Below, piece after piece: positions 21,587-30,300 of a DNA stretch of 64,000 bases. Both the position numbers and the translations under genes were made by a program. The first letter of the stretch is position 1; each line of letters begins with the position of its first letter. Source of the DNA: a bacterium (lineage in GTDB: Bacteria; Pseudomonadota; Gammaproteobacteria; Burkholderiales; Thiobacillaceae); the NCBI GenBank assembly GCA_009772925.1, contig WOUQ01000004.1, forward strand, positions 18,592 through 82,591, given 5' to 3'. The notes under the pieces are model-generated. The model was not told where the DNA came from. It did no database searches and was given only the letters and a program-made list of their open reading frames with translations.

Positions 21587-22261
21587 ATGGCACTTGCCTT
21601 CCTGACCGAGCCCCGCGTCCTCGCGCGGGTGTTGCCTTTCGCCGTCTACATGGCCTTTCTGGTTGTGGAGGGCCTGGTGGCCTCGTACTGGCCGGAACTG
21701 GACGCGCGCTGGATCTATCCGGTCAAGGTGGGCGCGGTAGCCCTCGTGCTCTGGCACTACCGCGCCGAGTACCGCGAACTGTTCGCGCGGCCGGATCCGC
21801 GCTGGGCCGTCCTGGTGGCGCCACTGCTGGGCATCGCGGTGTTCGTGCTGTGGATCAACCTGGACATCGGCTGGCTGAACCTGGGCGGCGGCGCGGGCTT
21901 CGACCCGCGCGACGACGGGGCCGTGCGCTGGGATCTCGCCCTGTTGCGTCTGGCCGGCGCTGCCCTGGTGGTGCCCCTCATGGAAGAGTTGTTCTGGCGC
22001 TCCTTCCTGTTGCGCTGGATCGACCAGGCGGATTTCCCAGCCCTGGAGCCGGCGCGCATCTCCCTGCGTGCCCTGCTGATTTCAAGCGTGCTGTTCGGCC
22101 TGGAACATACCCTGTGGTTCGCCGGCATCCTCGCCGGTCTCGCCTACGGCTGGCTGTACCGCGCCAGCGGCAACCTGTGGGCGCCCATCGTGTCGCACGC
22201 CACCACCAACCTGCTGCTGGGCATCTGGGTTCTCCACACCGGCGCCTGGAGCTTCTGGTGA
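21587..22261 (+). CDS. CPBP (CAAX-protease-like) intramembrane metalloprotease
   Basis: 224 aa, multi-TM, with CPBP motifs EELFWRSF, FGLEH and SHATTN. Adjacent to the EpsD-like gene, as in exosortase loci. Confidence 0.82.
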   Translation: MALAFLTEPRVLARVLPFAVYMAFLVVEGLVASYWPELDARWIYPVKVGAVALVLWHYRAEYRELFARPDPRWAVLVAPLLGIAVFVLWINLDIGWLNLGGGAGFDPRDDGAVRWDLALLRLAGAALVVPLMEELFWRSFLLRWIDQADFPALEPARISLRALLISSVLFGLEHTLWFAGILAGLAYGWLYRASGNLWAPIVSHATTNLLLGIWVLHTGAWSFW

Positions 22262-22295
22262 GGTCCGATCCCGCACTCATCACGCTCGAAAAGCC

Positions 22296-23249
22296 ATGAA
22301 ATACGACGTTTTCAACGGCGACGCCGACGGCATCTGCGCCTTGCACCAAATGCGCCTGGCGCAGCCGGAGGCGGCCACCCTGGTCACCGGCGTCAAACGC
22401 GACATCGGCCTGCTCGCCCGCATCGACGCGCGCGTTGGTGACGAGATCCTGGTCCTGGACATCGCCGTGGAAAAGAACGCGGCGGCCCTGGCGGCGGCTC
22501 TGGAGAAGGGTGCGCGGGTGCGCTGGTTCGATCATCACGAGTCCGGTGAACTGCCCGTGCATGCGAATTTCCAGGCCAGCATCGATACCTCGGCGGAGGT
22601 CTGCACCAGTCTGCTGGTGGACCGCCACCTGGGCGGCGCCCATCGGCCCTGGGCGGTGGTCGCCGCCTTCGGCGACAACCTGCACGGCGCCGCGCGCCGG
22701 GCCGCCGAGCCCCTTGGACTGCCCCGCGCGCAACTGGAATCCCTGCGTGAACTGGGCGAGTGCCTCAACTACAACGGCTACGGCGACAGCCTGGAGGATC
22801 TGCACTTCCATCCCGCCGACCTGTATCGCGCCCTGCATGCCTACGCCGATCCCTTCGCCTTCATGCACGAGGCGGCGGAATTCCATACCCTGAGTACCGG
22901 CTATCTGCTCGACATGGCGCAAGCGCGTGGCGTGCAGGCCATGGAGGCGCGGCCATCCGGCGCCGTCTACCTGTTGCCCGACGCCGCCTGGGCGCGGCGG
23001 GTGTCCGGGGTGTACGCCAACGACCTGGCGACGGCCCATCCGCAGCGTGCCCACGCCCTGCTGACGCGTTCCCCGCGCGGGCATTACGTGGTCAGCGTGC
23101 GCGCGCCCCTGGTCAACAAGACCGGCGCCGATGCCTTGTGCAGGCGCTTCGATACCGGTGGCGGGCGCAAGGCGGCGGCCGGCATCAACGTTCTGCCGGA
23201 GGCGCGCATCGGCGAATTCGTGCAGGCCTTCTTCGAATCCTATCCTTGA
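22296..23249 (+). CDS. DHH/DHHA1-family phosphoesterase
   Basis: 317 aa with motifs NGDADG, VLDIA, FDHHE and DHHA1-type GGGRKAAAG. Confidence 0.8.
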   Translation: MKYDVFNGDADGICALHQMRLAQPEAATLVTGVKRDIGLLARIDARVGDEILVLDIAVEKNAAALAAALEKGARVRWFDHHESGELPVHANFQASIDTSAEVCTSLLVDRHLGGAHRPWAVVAAFGDNLHGAARRAAEPLGLPRAQLESLRELGECLNYNGYGDSLEDLHFHPADLYRALHAYADPFAFMHEAAEFHTLSTGYLLDMAQARGVQAMEARPSGAVYLLPDAAWARRVSGVYANDLATAHPQRAHALLTRSPRGHYVVSVRAPLVNKTGADALCRRFDTGGGRKAAAGINVLPEARIGEFVQAFFESYP

Positions 23250-23259
23250 GTACCCGCGC

Positions 23260-24957
23260 ATGCAGCACACCCTGATTCCTCCCTACGGCGGCACCCTGCT
23301 GCCCCTGCTCGCCGACGCCGAGCGCGCTGCCGCCATCCGCGCCGAAGCGCGCGAGCTGGCCTCGCTGGATCTGGACTGGCGGCAGATATGCCAGCTGGAG
23401 TTGCTGCTGACCGGCGCGCTATCGCCGCTCACCGGCTACCTGGGACGTGCCGAGATGAGCGCGGTGCTGTCCGGCCTGCACCTGCCCGACGGTCGTTTCT
23501 GGCCCCTGCCGGTGATGCTCGCGGTGCCGGAGCAGGCCGCGCGCGGCCTGAGTCCGGGGCAGACCGTCTGCCTGCGCGACGGCGAGGGCTTCATGCCCGG
23601 CGTCCTGCACGTCACCGAAGTCTGGCCGGTCGACCCCGCCGAAGAAGCGCGGTTGGCAGCGGCCTCGGGCTTGCCACCGGCCGCGCCCCTGGGCACAGCC
23701 GGCGAGGTCTATGTGGCGGGCCGGGTGGAGGGCGTGGCGCTGCCGCCGCGCCATGATTTCCTGTCCCTGCGCCTGACCCCCGCCGAATTGCGCGGCGAGT
23801 TCCAGCGTCGTGGCTGGCGCCGTGTGCTGGCCTATCAGCCGGCGCAAGCCATGCACCGGCCGCAGCGCGAGTTCGTGCTGAACGCCGCCCTGCGTCATGA
23901 GGCCAATCTGCTCATCCATGTCATGGCCGGCGCCGATCCGGTCAGCGACGCCACCCATTTCGGCCTGGTGCGCGCCTGTCGCGCCATCATGCCGCGCTTC
24001 CCGGCCGCCAGCAGCGCCCTTGCCCTGAATCCCATGGTGCCGCACGCGGCGGGGGTGCGGGAGACCTGGCTGCGCGCGATCATTGCCCGCAATTACGGCT
24101 GTTCCCATCTGGTGGTCGGAGGCGAGACACAGCCGGCCGGCGAGTTCCGCCGCGGCGAGGACGTCGCTGGCGCGCCTGTCGGGCCGTCGCAGCGTTTTCT
24201 CAGCGAACTCGGCGTCACCCTGATTGACTACCCACGTCTGGTCTATGTCGAGGATGCGGACGAATTCGTGCCGGAGGCGGAGGCACCGCCGGGCGCCCGC
24301 GTGCAGACCATGCACGGCGGCGAATTGACGCGGCGCCTGATGACGGGCGCCAGGATCCCCGCCTGGTTCGCCGACGCGGAAGTCCTCGACGAATTGCGCA
24401 AGGCCTTTCCGCCACGCACGCGGCAGGGCTTCACGGTGTTCTTCACCGGCCTGTCCGGGGCGGGCAAGTCCACCCTGGCGCGGGCGCTGACCGTGAAATT
24501 GATGGAAATGGACGGCCGCCGCGTGACCCTGCTGGACGGCGACGTCGTGCGCCGCCACCTGTCTTCCGAACTGGGCTTCTCCAAGGCGCACCGCGACATC
24601 AACATCCGCCGCATCGGCTACGTCGCCAGCGAGATCACCAAGCACGGCGGCATCGCCATCTGCGCTCCCATCGCCCCCTACGCCGCCACCCGCCGCGCCG
24701 TGCGCGACATGATCGAGCCCTGGGGCGGCTTCATCGAAATCCACGTCGCCACTTCCATCGATGTCTGCGAAAGCCGCGATCGCAAGGGCCTCTATGCGAA
24801 GGCGCGGGCCGGCCTGATTGCCGAGTTCACCGGGGTATCCGATCCCTATGAAGTGCCGGAGAAGCCCGAACTGGCCATCGACACCGCCCTCTGCGGGGTC
24901 GACGAGGCCGTGCAAAGCATCGTCCTGAAGCTGGAACATGAAGGCTTTCTGCGCTGA
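23260..24957 (+). CDS. cysC: Two-domain adenylylsulfate (APS) kinase with a degenerate ATP-sulfurylase-like N-terminal domain
   Basis: ORF 23131-24957 trimmed to ATG 23260. The C-terminus has intact APS kinase motifs (GLSGAGKST, LLDGDVVR). The N-terminal sulfurylase homology carries QPAQAMHRPQRE and VVGGETQPAG in place of the QTRNPxHRAHE and GRDHAG motifs. Confidence 0.85.
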   Translation: MQHTLIPPYGGTLLPLLADAERAAAIRAEARELASLDLDWRQICQLELLLTGALSPLTGYLGRAEMSAVLSGLHLPDGRFWPLPVMLAVPEQAARGLSPGQTVCLRDGEGFMPGVLHVTEVWPVDPAEEARLAAASGLPPAAPLGTAGEVYVAGRVEGVALPPRHDFLSLRLTPAELRGEFQRRGWRRVLAYQPAQAMHRPQREFVLNAALRHEANLLIHVMAGADPVSDATHFGLVRACRAIMPRFPAASSALALNPMVPHAAGVRETWLRAIIARNYGCSHLVVGGETQPAGEFRRGEDVAGAPVGPSQRFLSELGVTLIDYPRLVYVEDADEFVPEAEAPPGARVQTMHGGELTRRLMTGARIPAWFADAEVLDELRKAFPPRTRQGFTVFFTGLSGAGKSTLARALTVKLMEMDGRRVTLLDGDVVRRHLSSELGFSKAHRDINIRRIGYVASEITKHGGIAICAPIAPYAATRRAVRDMIEPWGGFIEIHVATSIDVCESRDRKGLYAKARAGLIAEFTGVSDPYEVPEKPELAIDTALCGVDEAVQSIVLKLEHEGFLR

Positions 24958-25016
24958 CCGGCACGCGCCGGCCGCGTGCCATCCCCGTTTCCACTGACTG
25001 CATCGAGGAACCGACC

Positions 25017-26432
25017 ATGCCGCTCCATCCCGTCATCCTCTCCGGAGGCTCCGGCACCCGCCTGTGGCCTCTGTCCCGCGCCGCCCTGCCCAAGCAGCTG
25101 CTGCCCCTGGCCGGGCCGCGCACCATGCTGCAGGAAACCGTGCTGCGCCTGCATGGCATCGCCGGCATCGGCGCGCCGCTGGTGGTGTGCAACAACGACC
25201 ACCGCTTCCTCATCGCCGAACAGTTGCGTGAGATCGGGGTGGAACCGCTGGGCATCTTCCTCGAGCCCATGGGCCGCAACACGGCGCCGGCGGCGGCGGT
25301 GGCGGCGCTGACCCTGCTGAAGCGGGATCCGGATGCGGTCATGCTGCTCTTGCCCGCGGACCATCTGATCGACGACGTGCCGGCCTTCCACGCCGCCGTC
25401 GCGGAGGGCATGCGGGCGGTGGCGCAGGGCCGGCTGGTGACCTTCGGCATCGTGCCGGCTTCACCGCATACCGGCTACGGCTACATCCAGCGCGGTGCAG
25501 CCCTGCAGGGCACGACGGCACGGCAGGTGGCCCGCTTCGTGGAGAAGCCGGACGCGGCCACGGCGGAGAAATTCCTGGCCGGCGGCGATTACTTCTGGAA
25601 CAGCGGCATGTTCCTGTTCTCGGCCCGCCAGTTCGTGGAGGAACTGGGCCGGCTGCGCGCCGACATCCTGGCCGCCTGCGAGCGTGCCCTGGCGGCGGGC
25701 GAGCACGATTTGGACTTTTGCCGCCTGGACAAGGCAGCCTTCGCCGACTGTCCCTCGGATTCCATCGACTACGCGGTGATGGAGAAGACCGCCAACGCCG
25801 CCGTCGTGCCGGCGGACATCGGCTGGAACGACATCGGCGCCTGGTCGGCGCTGTGGGACGTCGGCATGAAGGATGCCGACGGCAACGTGGTGCGCGGCGA
25901 CGTTTATCTGGATGGCGTAAGAGGCAGCTACGTGCGCGCGGAAACCCGCATGGTGGCGGCCCTGGGGGTGGAGGATCTGCTCATCGTGGAGACTGCCGAC
26001 GCAGTGCTGGTGGCGGACCAGTCCCGCGCCCAGGACGTCAAGAAGGTGGTGGATTACCTGAAGAAATCCGGCCGCACGGAGCACGAATTCCACACCCGCG
26101 TCTTCCGGCCCTGGGGCTGGTACGAGGGCATCGACATGGGCGAGCGCTTCCAGGTCAAGCGCATCATGGTCAAGCCGGGCCACAAGTTGAGCCTGCAAAT
26201 GCACCACCACCGGGCCGAGCATTGGGTGGTGGTATCCGGCACCGCTCGCGTGACCCGCGACGGGGTCGAGCAGTTGCTGACCGAGGACCAGTCCACCTAC
26301 ATCCCCCTGGGCACCAGCCACCGCCTGGAGAACCCGGGCAAGGTACCGCTGCATCTCATCGAGGTGCAGTCCGGCTCTTATCTGGGCGAAGACGACATCG
26401 TCCGCTTCGAGGACGTGTACAAGCGCAACTGA
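25017..26432 (+). CDS. manC: Mannose-1-phosphate guanylyltransferase / mannose-6-phosphate isomerase
   Basis: 471 aa, N-terminus ILSGGSGTRLWPLSR, C-terminal cupin isomerase domain (HHHRAEHWVVVSG). Confidence 0.94.
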   Translation: MPLHPVILSGGSGTRLWPLSRAALPKQLLPLAGPRTMLQETVLRLHGIAGIGAPLVVCNNDHRFLIAEQLREIGVEPLGIFLEPMGRNTAPAAAVAALTLLKRDPDAVMLLLPADHLIDDVPAFHAAVAEGMRAVAQGRLVTFGIVPASPHTGYGYIQRGAALQGTTARQVARFVEKPDAATAEKFLAGGDYFWNSGMFLFSARQFVEELGRLRADILAACERALAAGEHDLDFCRLDKAAFADCPSDSIDYAVMEKTANAAVVPADIGWNDIGAWSALWDVGMKDADGNVVRGDVYLDGVRGSYVRAETRMVAALGVEDLLIVETADAVLVADQSRAQDVKKVVDYLKKSGRTEHEFHTRVFRPWGWYEGIDMGERFQVKRIMVKPGHKLSLQMHHHRAEHWVVVSGTARVTRDGVEQLLTEDQSTYIPLGTSHRLENPGKVPLHLIEVQSGSYLGEDDIVRFEDVYKRN

Positions 26433-26436
26433 AGCC

Positions 26437-27336
26437 TCACCCGCGCGGGTGATGCTGTGCGTGCAGCCGCTTCAGGCGCTCCTTGGCGACGTGGGTGTAG
26501 ATCTGGGTGGTGGCGATGTCGGCGTGGCCGAGCAGCATCTGCACCACGCGCAGGTCGGCACCGTGGTTGAGCAGGTGGGTGGCGAAGGCGTGGCGCAGGG
26601 TGTGGGGCGACAGCGGCGAGCGGATGCCGGCGTTCAAGGCATGCTTCTTGATCAGGTACCAGAACATCTGCCGCGTCATGGGGCCGCCCCGCTCGGTGAC
26701 GAACAGGGCCTCGCAGCCCTTGCCTTTCAGTAGCACCGGCCGGGATGCCTTGGCGTAGCGGGCGATCCATTCCCGCGCTTCCTCGCCCAGGGGCACCAGT
26801 CGTTCCTTCCTGCCCTTGCCCATGACCCGCGCGACGCCGTCGGTCAGGCTCACCGCCGCCAGGGGCAGACCGACCAGTTCCGAAACCCGCAAGCCGGCGG
26901 CGTAGAGGGCTTCCAGCATGGCCTTGTCGCGTAAACCGTGAGGGGAATCCACATCGGGGGCGGCGAGCAGGGCTTCCACTTCCGCCTCGCTGAGGGTTTT
27001 TGGCAGGGGTTTGGGCAGCCGGGGGGCGTCCACCGTCAGGGTGGGGTCGTCCGTGCGTCGGCCTTCCCGCAGCAGCCAGCGGTGGTAGCGCTTGATGGCG
27101 GTGAGCTGGCGGGCCAGGCTGCGTGCGGCGATGCCCTGGTCGAGGGTGCGGTGGGCGAGGAAGGCCTGGATGCGGTCGCGCTGCGCCTGGTGTGGGGCGA
27201 TGCCCTGCTCGCCGAGCCAGGCGAAGAGCTGGGTCAGGTCGCGCCGGTAGCTTTCCAGCGAGCGGGGGGAAAGGCCGTCCTCCAGCCAGAGGGCGTCGCA
27301 GAAGCGGTCGAGTTCCGCTTCAAAGGACGCGCTCAT
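26437..27336 (-). CDS. xerD: Tyrosine recombinase XerD
   Basis: 299 aa. Typical XerD N-terminus (FCDALWLEDGLS) and catalytic C-terminus (HTLRHAFATHLL...LLGHADIATTQIYTHV). Confidence 0.93.
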   Translation of the reverse strand: MSASFEAELDRFCDALWLEDGLSPRSLESYRRDLTQLFAWLGEQGIAPHQAQRDRIQAFLAHRTLDQGIAARSLARQLTAIKRYHRWLLREGRRTDDPTLTVDAPRLPKPLPKTLSEAEVEALLAAPDVDSPHGLRDKAMLEALYAAGLRVSELVGLPLAAVSLTDGVARVMGKGRKERLVPLGEEAREWIARYAKASRPVLLKGKGCEALFVTERGGPMTRQMFWYLIKKHALNAGIRSPLSPHTLRHAFATHLLNHGADLRVVQMLLGHADIATTQIYTHVAKERLKRLHAQHHPRG

Positions 27337-27802
27337 GCCTCAGCAGCCAGCGCTTGATGTCCTGGGAGTAGCCGGTGCGGCTGTGCATGAAACCGCCCAG
27401 GCTGCCGTCGGCGGCGATGACCCGGTGGCAGGGAATGACGATGGGCAGGGGGTTGTCGCCCACCGCCTGGCCCACGGCGCGGGGGGCGCTGCCGAGCGCG
27501 CGGGCGATCTCGCCGTAGCTGCGGGTCTGGCCCGCGGGAATGTTCAGGAGGGCGTGCCAGACCTGTTGCCGAAAGGGGGTGCCGATCGCTTCGAGGGGCA
27601 GCTCAAAGGCGTGGCCGGGGTCGGCGAAATAGGCGGCGAGTTCCTTTTCCAGCCGCTTGACGAGAGGCAGGCTGGAGGCGATCGGACTGGTGCCCGGAGG
27701 CAGGAATTCGAGGTTGCCGAGGCGGCCGCCGGCGATGCGCACCCCCAGGGCACCAAAGGGGGCGGCGAGAATGGCGGTGTAGTCGGCGGGGGGGGTGGTC
27801 AT
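27320..27802 (-). CDS. ogt: Methylated-DNA--protein-cysteine methyltransferase
   Basis: 160 aa with active site IPCHRVI. 17-nt overlap with the xerD start. Confidence 0.9.
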   Translation of the reverse strand: MTTPPADYTAILAAPFGALGVRIAGGRLGNLEFLPPGTSPIASSLPLVKRLEKELAAYFADPGHAFELPLEAIGTPFRQQVWHALLNIPAGQTRSYGEIARALGSAPRAVGQAVGDNPLPIVIPCHRVIAADGSLGGFMHSRTGYSQDIKRWLLRHERVL

Positions 27803-27886
27803 GCCGGCATTGTCGGGCCATCCCGCGCAAATGCAAACGGCCGCCAGGCGCGAGGCCCAAGCGGCTGTTTGACGGGCTGGTTCCGC

Positions 27887-28993
27887 TTACAGATGCGGCT
27901 CGATCATCCGCCGCAGCCACTCGTGGAAGTGCACCATGCCGTCTTCCATGGGCGACTGGTAGGGGCCTTGCTGGCTGATGCCCTGCGCGTACAGGGCCTT
28001 GCGGCCCTTGTGCATGCCGTAGCAGATGTCGTCGTCCTCGATGGCGGTCTCCCGGTAGGCGGCCTGTTCCGCTTCGACGAAGTCGCGCTCGAACAGGAGG
28101 ATATCCTCGGGGTAGTAGTACTCCACCACGTTGAGACAGGACTCGATGCCGGTGGGGATGATGTTGCTCACGACCAGGGTGTGCGGATACCACTCCACCA
28201 TCAGTGTGGGGTAGTAGGTGAGCCAGATGGCGCCGTGGGCCGGGTCCTTGCCCTCGCGATAGCGCTTCACCTGCTGCGACCAGCGGTTGTAGACGGCGCT
28301 GCCGGGGCGGTCGAGGTGGTCCTTGATGCCCACGGTCTGCACGGAATACATCTCGCCGTATTCCCATTTCAGCTCGTCGCAGTCGACGAACTGGCCCAGG
28401 CCCGGGTGGTAGGGCACCACGTGGTAGTCCTCCAGGTAGACCTCGATGAAGGTCTTCCAGTTGAAGTCGTACCGGGTGATGTGCGTGCTGTCGTAGAGGA
28501 AGCCGCTGAAATCCATATCGGCGGCCACGCCCAGCCCGGCGAGATCGGTGTGCACGTCGCGGGGGCCGGCGAAGAGCAGGCCGTTCCAGTTCTTCAGGGC
28601 GGTCTTGTGCAGGTGCAGGCAGGGATTCTCCGGGAAATGGGGCGCGCCCATGAGTTGGCCCCGGGTGTCGTAGGTCCAGCGGTGAAAGGGGCAGACGATG
28701 TGCTGGGCATTGCCGCGGCCCTTCAGCATCTGCGCCTGGCGGTGGCGGCAGACGTTGGACAGCAGTTCGATGCCGTCGGGATTGTTGACCAGCATCTTGC
28801 CGCCGTCATGCAGCCAGTCGAGCACGTGATAGTCGCCCAACTCGGGGGTCATCAGGGCGTGGCCCACGTAGTTGGCGCCGCGCTTGAACAGGAGTGCCAT
28901 CTCCAGTTCGTAAATCTTGGGGTCGAAATACCAGTGCACCGGCAAGGCGGGGGAAACCTTGTTGAGCAGTGCCGCGGAATTGAGTTCGGTCAT
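27887..28993 (-). CDS. Rieske [2Fe-2S] non-heme iron oxygenase, alpha-subunit-like
   Basis: Start trimmed to ATG 28993, which has GGAGGA 8 nt upstream. Rieske motif CRHRQ...CPFHRW. Substrate unknown. Confidence 0.82.
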   Translation of the reverse strand: MTELNSAALLNKVSPALPVHWYFDPKIYELEMALLFKRGANYVGHALMTPELGDYHVLDWLHDGGKMLVNNPDGIELLSNVCRHRQAQMLKGRGNAQHIVCPFHRWTYDTRGQLMGAPHFPENPCLHLHKTALKNWNGLLFAGPRDVHTDLAGLGVAADMDFSGFLYDSTHITRYDFNWKTFIEVYLEDYHVVPYHPGLGQFVDCDELKWEYGEMYSVQTVGIKDHLDRPGSAVYNRWSQQVKRYREGKDPAHGAIWLTYYPTLMVEWYPHTLVVSNIIPTGIESCLNVVEYYYPEDILLFERDFVEAEQAAYRETAIEDDDICYGMHKGRKALYAQGISQQGPYQSPMEDGMVHFHEWLRRMIEPHL

Positions 28994-29106
28994 GATCCCC
29001 GTATCCTCCAAAAAATCCAGACAAAACAAGGGTTAACAAAAGCGCAATGAAGGCGGGATTATGCCCCGCGCCCACCCCCCGGGCAAGGCGACACGCATAT
29101 CCGGAT

Positions 29107-29904
29107 TCAGCGTTTGCAGGGCTCGGCGAGGTGGGCCAGCTCCTCCGCGCCGAAGCCGGCGGCCCGTCGGGCGGCTTCGTTGAAGGGGCGACGCGGGCGG
29201 GGCACGCCGGGGGTGTCCAGCAGTCCCAGGAAGGCGGCCTCGGGCTCCAGGCCGCGTTGCGCACAGAGGTGGCGGAACCAGCGGTCGCCGGCGGCCACGT
29301 GGCCGATCTCGTCGCGCAGGATGATGTCCAGGATGGCGGCGCCGGCCCGGTCGCCGTAACCGCGCAGCTTGCGCTGGATATCCGGCGTCACGTCCAGGCC
29401 TCGGGCTTCCAGAAGGCGCGGCACCAGGGCCATGCGGGCGAGGGGATCGTGGGCGGTTTTCGCGGCCATTTCCCAGAGGCCGGCGTGGGCGGGGAAATCG
29501 CCGTAGTCGCGGCCCAGGCTGCGCAGGTGGTCGCGCAGCAGGCGGAAGTGATAGGCCTCCTCCGCCGCCACGCGCAACCAGTCGCCGTAGAACTCAGCGG
29601 GAAAGTCGGGAAAGCGCTGCACCGCGTCCAGGGCCAGGTTGATGGCGTTGAATTCGATGTGGGCCAGGGCGTGGATCAGCGCGGCGTGGTTTTCCGGGCC
29701 GTTCAACTCCCGCCGGGGCATGGCCCTGGGCGAGGCGAGCACGGGCCGGTCGGGCAGGCCTGGGGTATCCAGGGCCGGGCCGGCCTCGGCCTCCAGGACG
29801 AGGCGGCCGGCTTGCCACTCCGCGCAAAGCCTTTCGGCACCGGCCAGCTTGGCCTCGACGTCCCTTTCCGCCAGCACGGCGCGGGCGGCCTGGCGGACGT
29901 TCAT
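29107..29904 (-). CDS. DUF455 ferritin-like (putative di-iron) protein
   Basis: ORF 29107-30243 trimmed to ATG 29904 (MNVRQAARAV...). Carboxylate/His motifs ALAHIEFNAI, AEEAYHF, DEIGHV. Confidence 0.75.
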   Translation of the reverse strand: MNVRQAARAVLAERDVEAKLAGAERLCAEWQAGRLVLEAEAGPALDTPGLPDRPVLASPRAMPRRELNGPENHAALIHALAHIEFNAINLALDAVQRFPDFPAEFYGDWLRVAAEEAYHFRLLRDHLRSLGRDYGDFPAHAGLWEMAAKTAHDPLARMALVPRLLEARGLDVTPDIQRKLRGYGDRAGAAILDIILRDEIGHVAAGDRWFRHLCAQRGLEPEAAFLGLLDTPGVPRPRRPFNEAARRAAGFGAEELAHLAEPCKR

Positions 29905-30290
29905 CGCGCGCCTCCAGGCTCCAGGCGGGCCAGCCAATTCGGCGCCCACCCACTGGCCAGCCAGCCCAGGCCGATGCCGAGGCAGTTGGCCGCCAGGTCG
30001 AGGAACTCGCCGCTGCGGATTCCTCCCCAGTGTTGCAGGAGTTCCAGCGCTCCCCCCATGAGCAGGAAAGCCAGCGCGAGGCGCCGCGGGCCGGGTACGA
30101 GCTGCGTCCACCAGGCCATCAGCGCGAAATAGGCGAGTACGTGGCCGAGCTTGTCGGCGTGGCTGAAGGAGGGGGAGGGCGGTTGCGGAGTGAGGGCGAA
30201 ATAGACCACCAGGAGGATCAGCCCCCAGCCCACAGACCACCACAACAGCGGCCGCGCGAGCGGCACGGCGGGCGGCGGGAGGACACGCAT
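29901..30290 (-). CDS. VanZ-family membrane protein
   Basis: 129 aa, 4 TM, with DKLGHVLAYFAL. ATGA-type overlap with the DUF455 gene. Confidence 0.7.
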   Translation of the reverse strand: MRVLPPPAVPLARPLLWWSVGWGLILLVVYFALTPQPPSPSFSHADKLGHVLAYFALMAWWTQLVPGPRRLALAFLLMGGALELLQHWGGIRSGEFLDLAANCLGIGLGWLASGWAPNWLARLEPGGAR

Positions 30291-30300
30291 GACGCGGTGC

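Noticed and set aside
26437-27336. Tyrosine recombinase as a possible marker of a mobile element.
   Set aside because: Its sequence and length are those of housekeeping XerD. The flanking genes (manC, ogt) are chromosomal, and no att or dif-like repeat was seen nearby.
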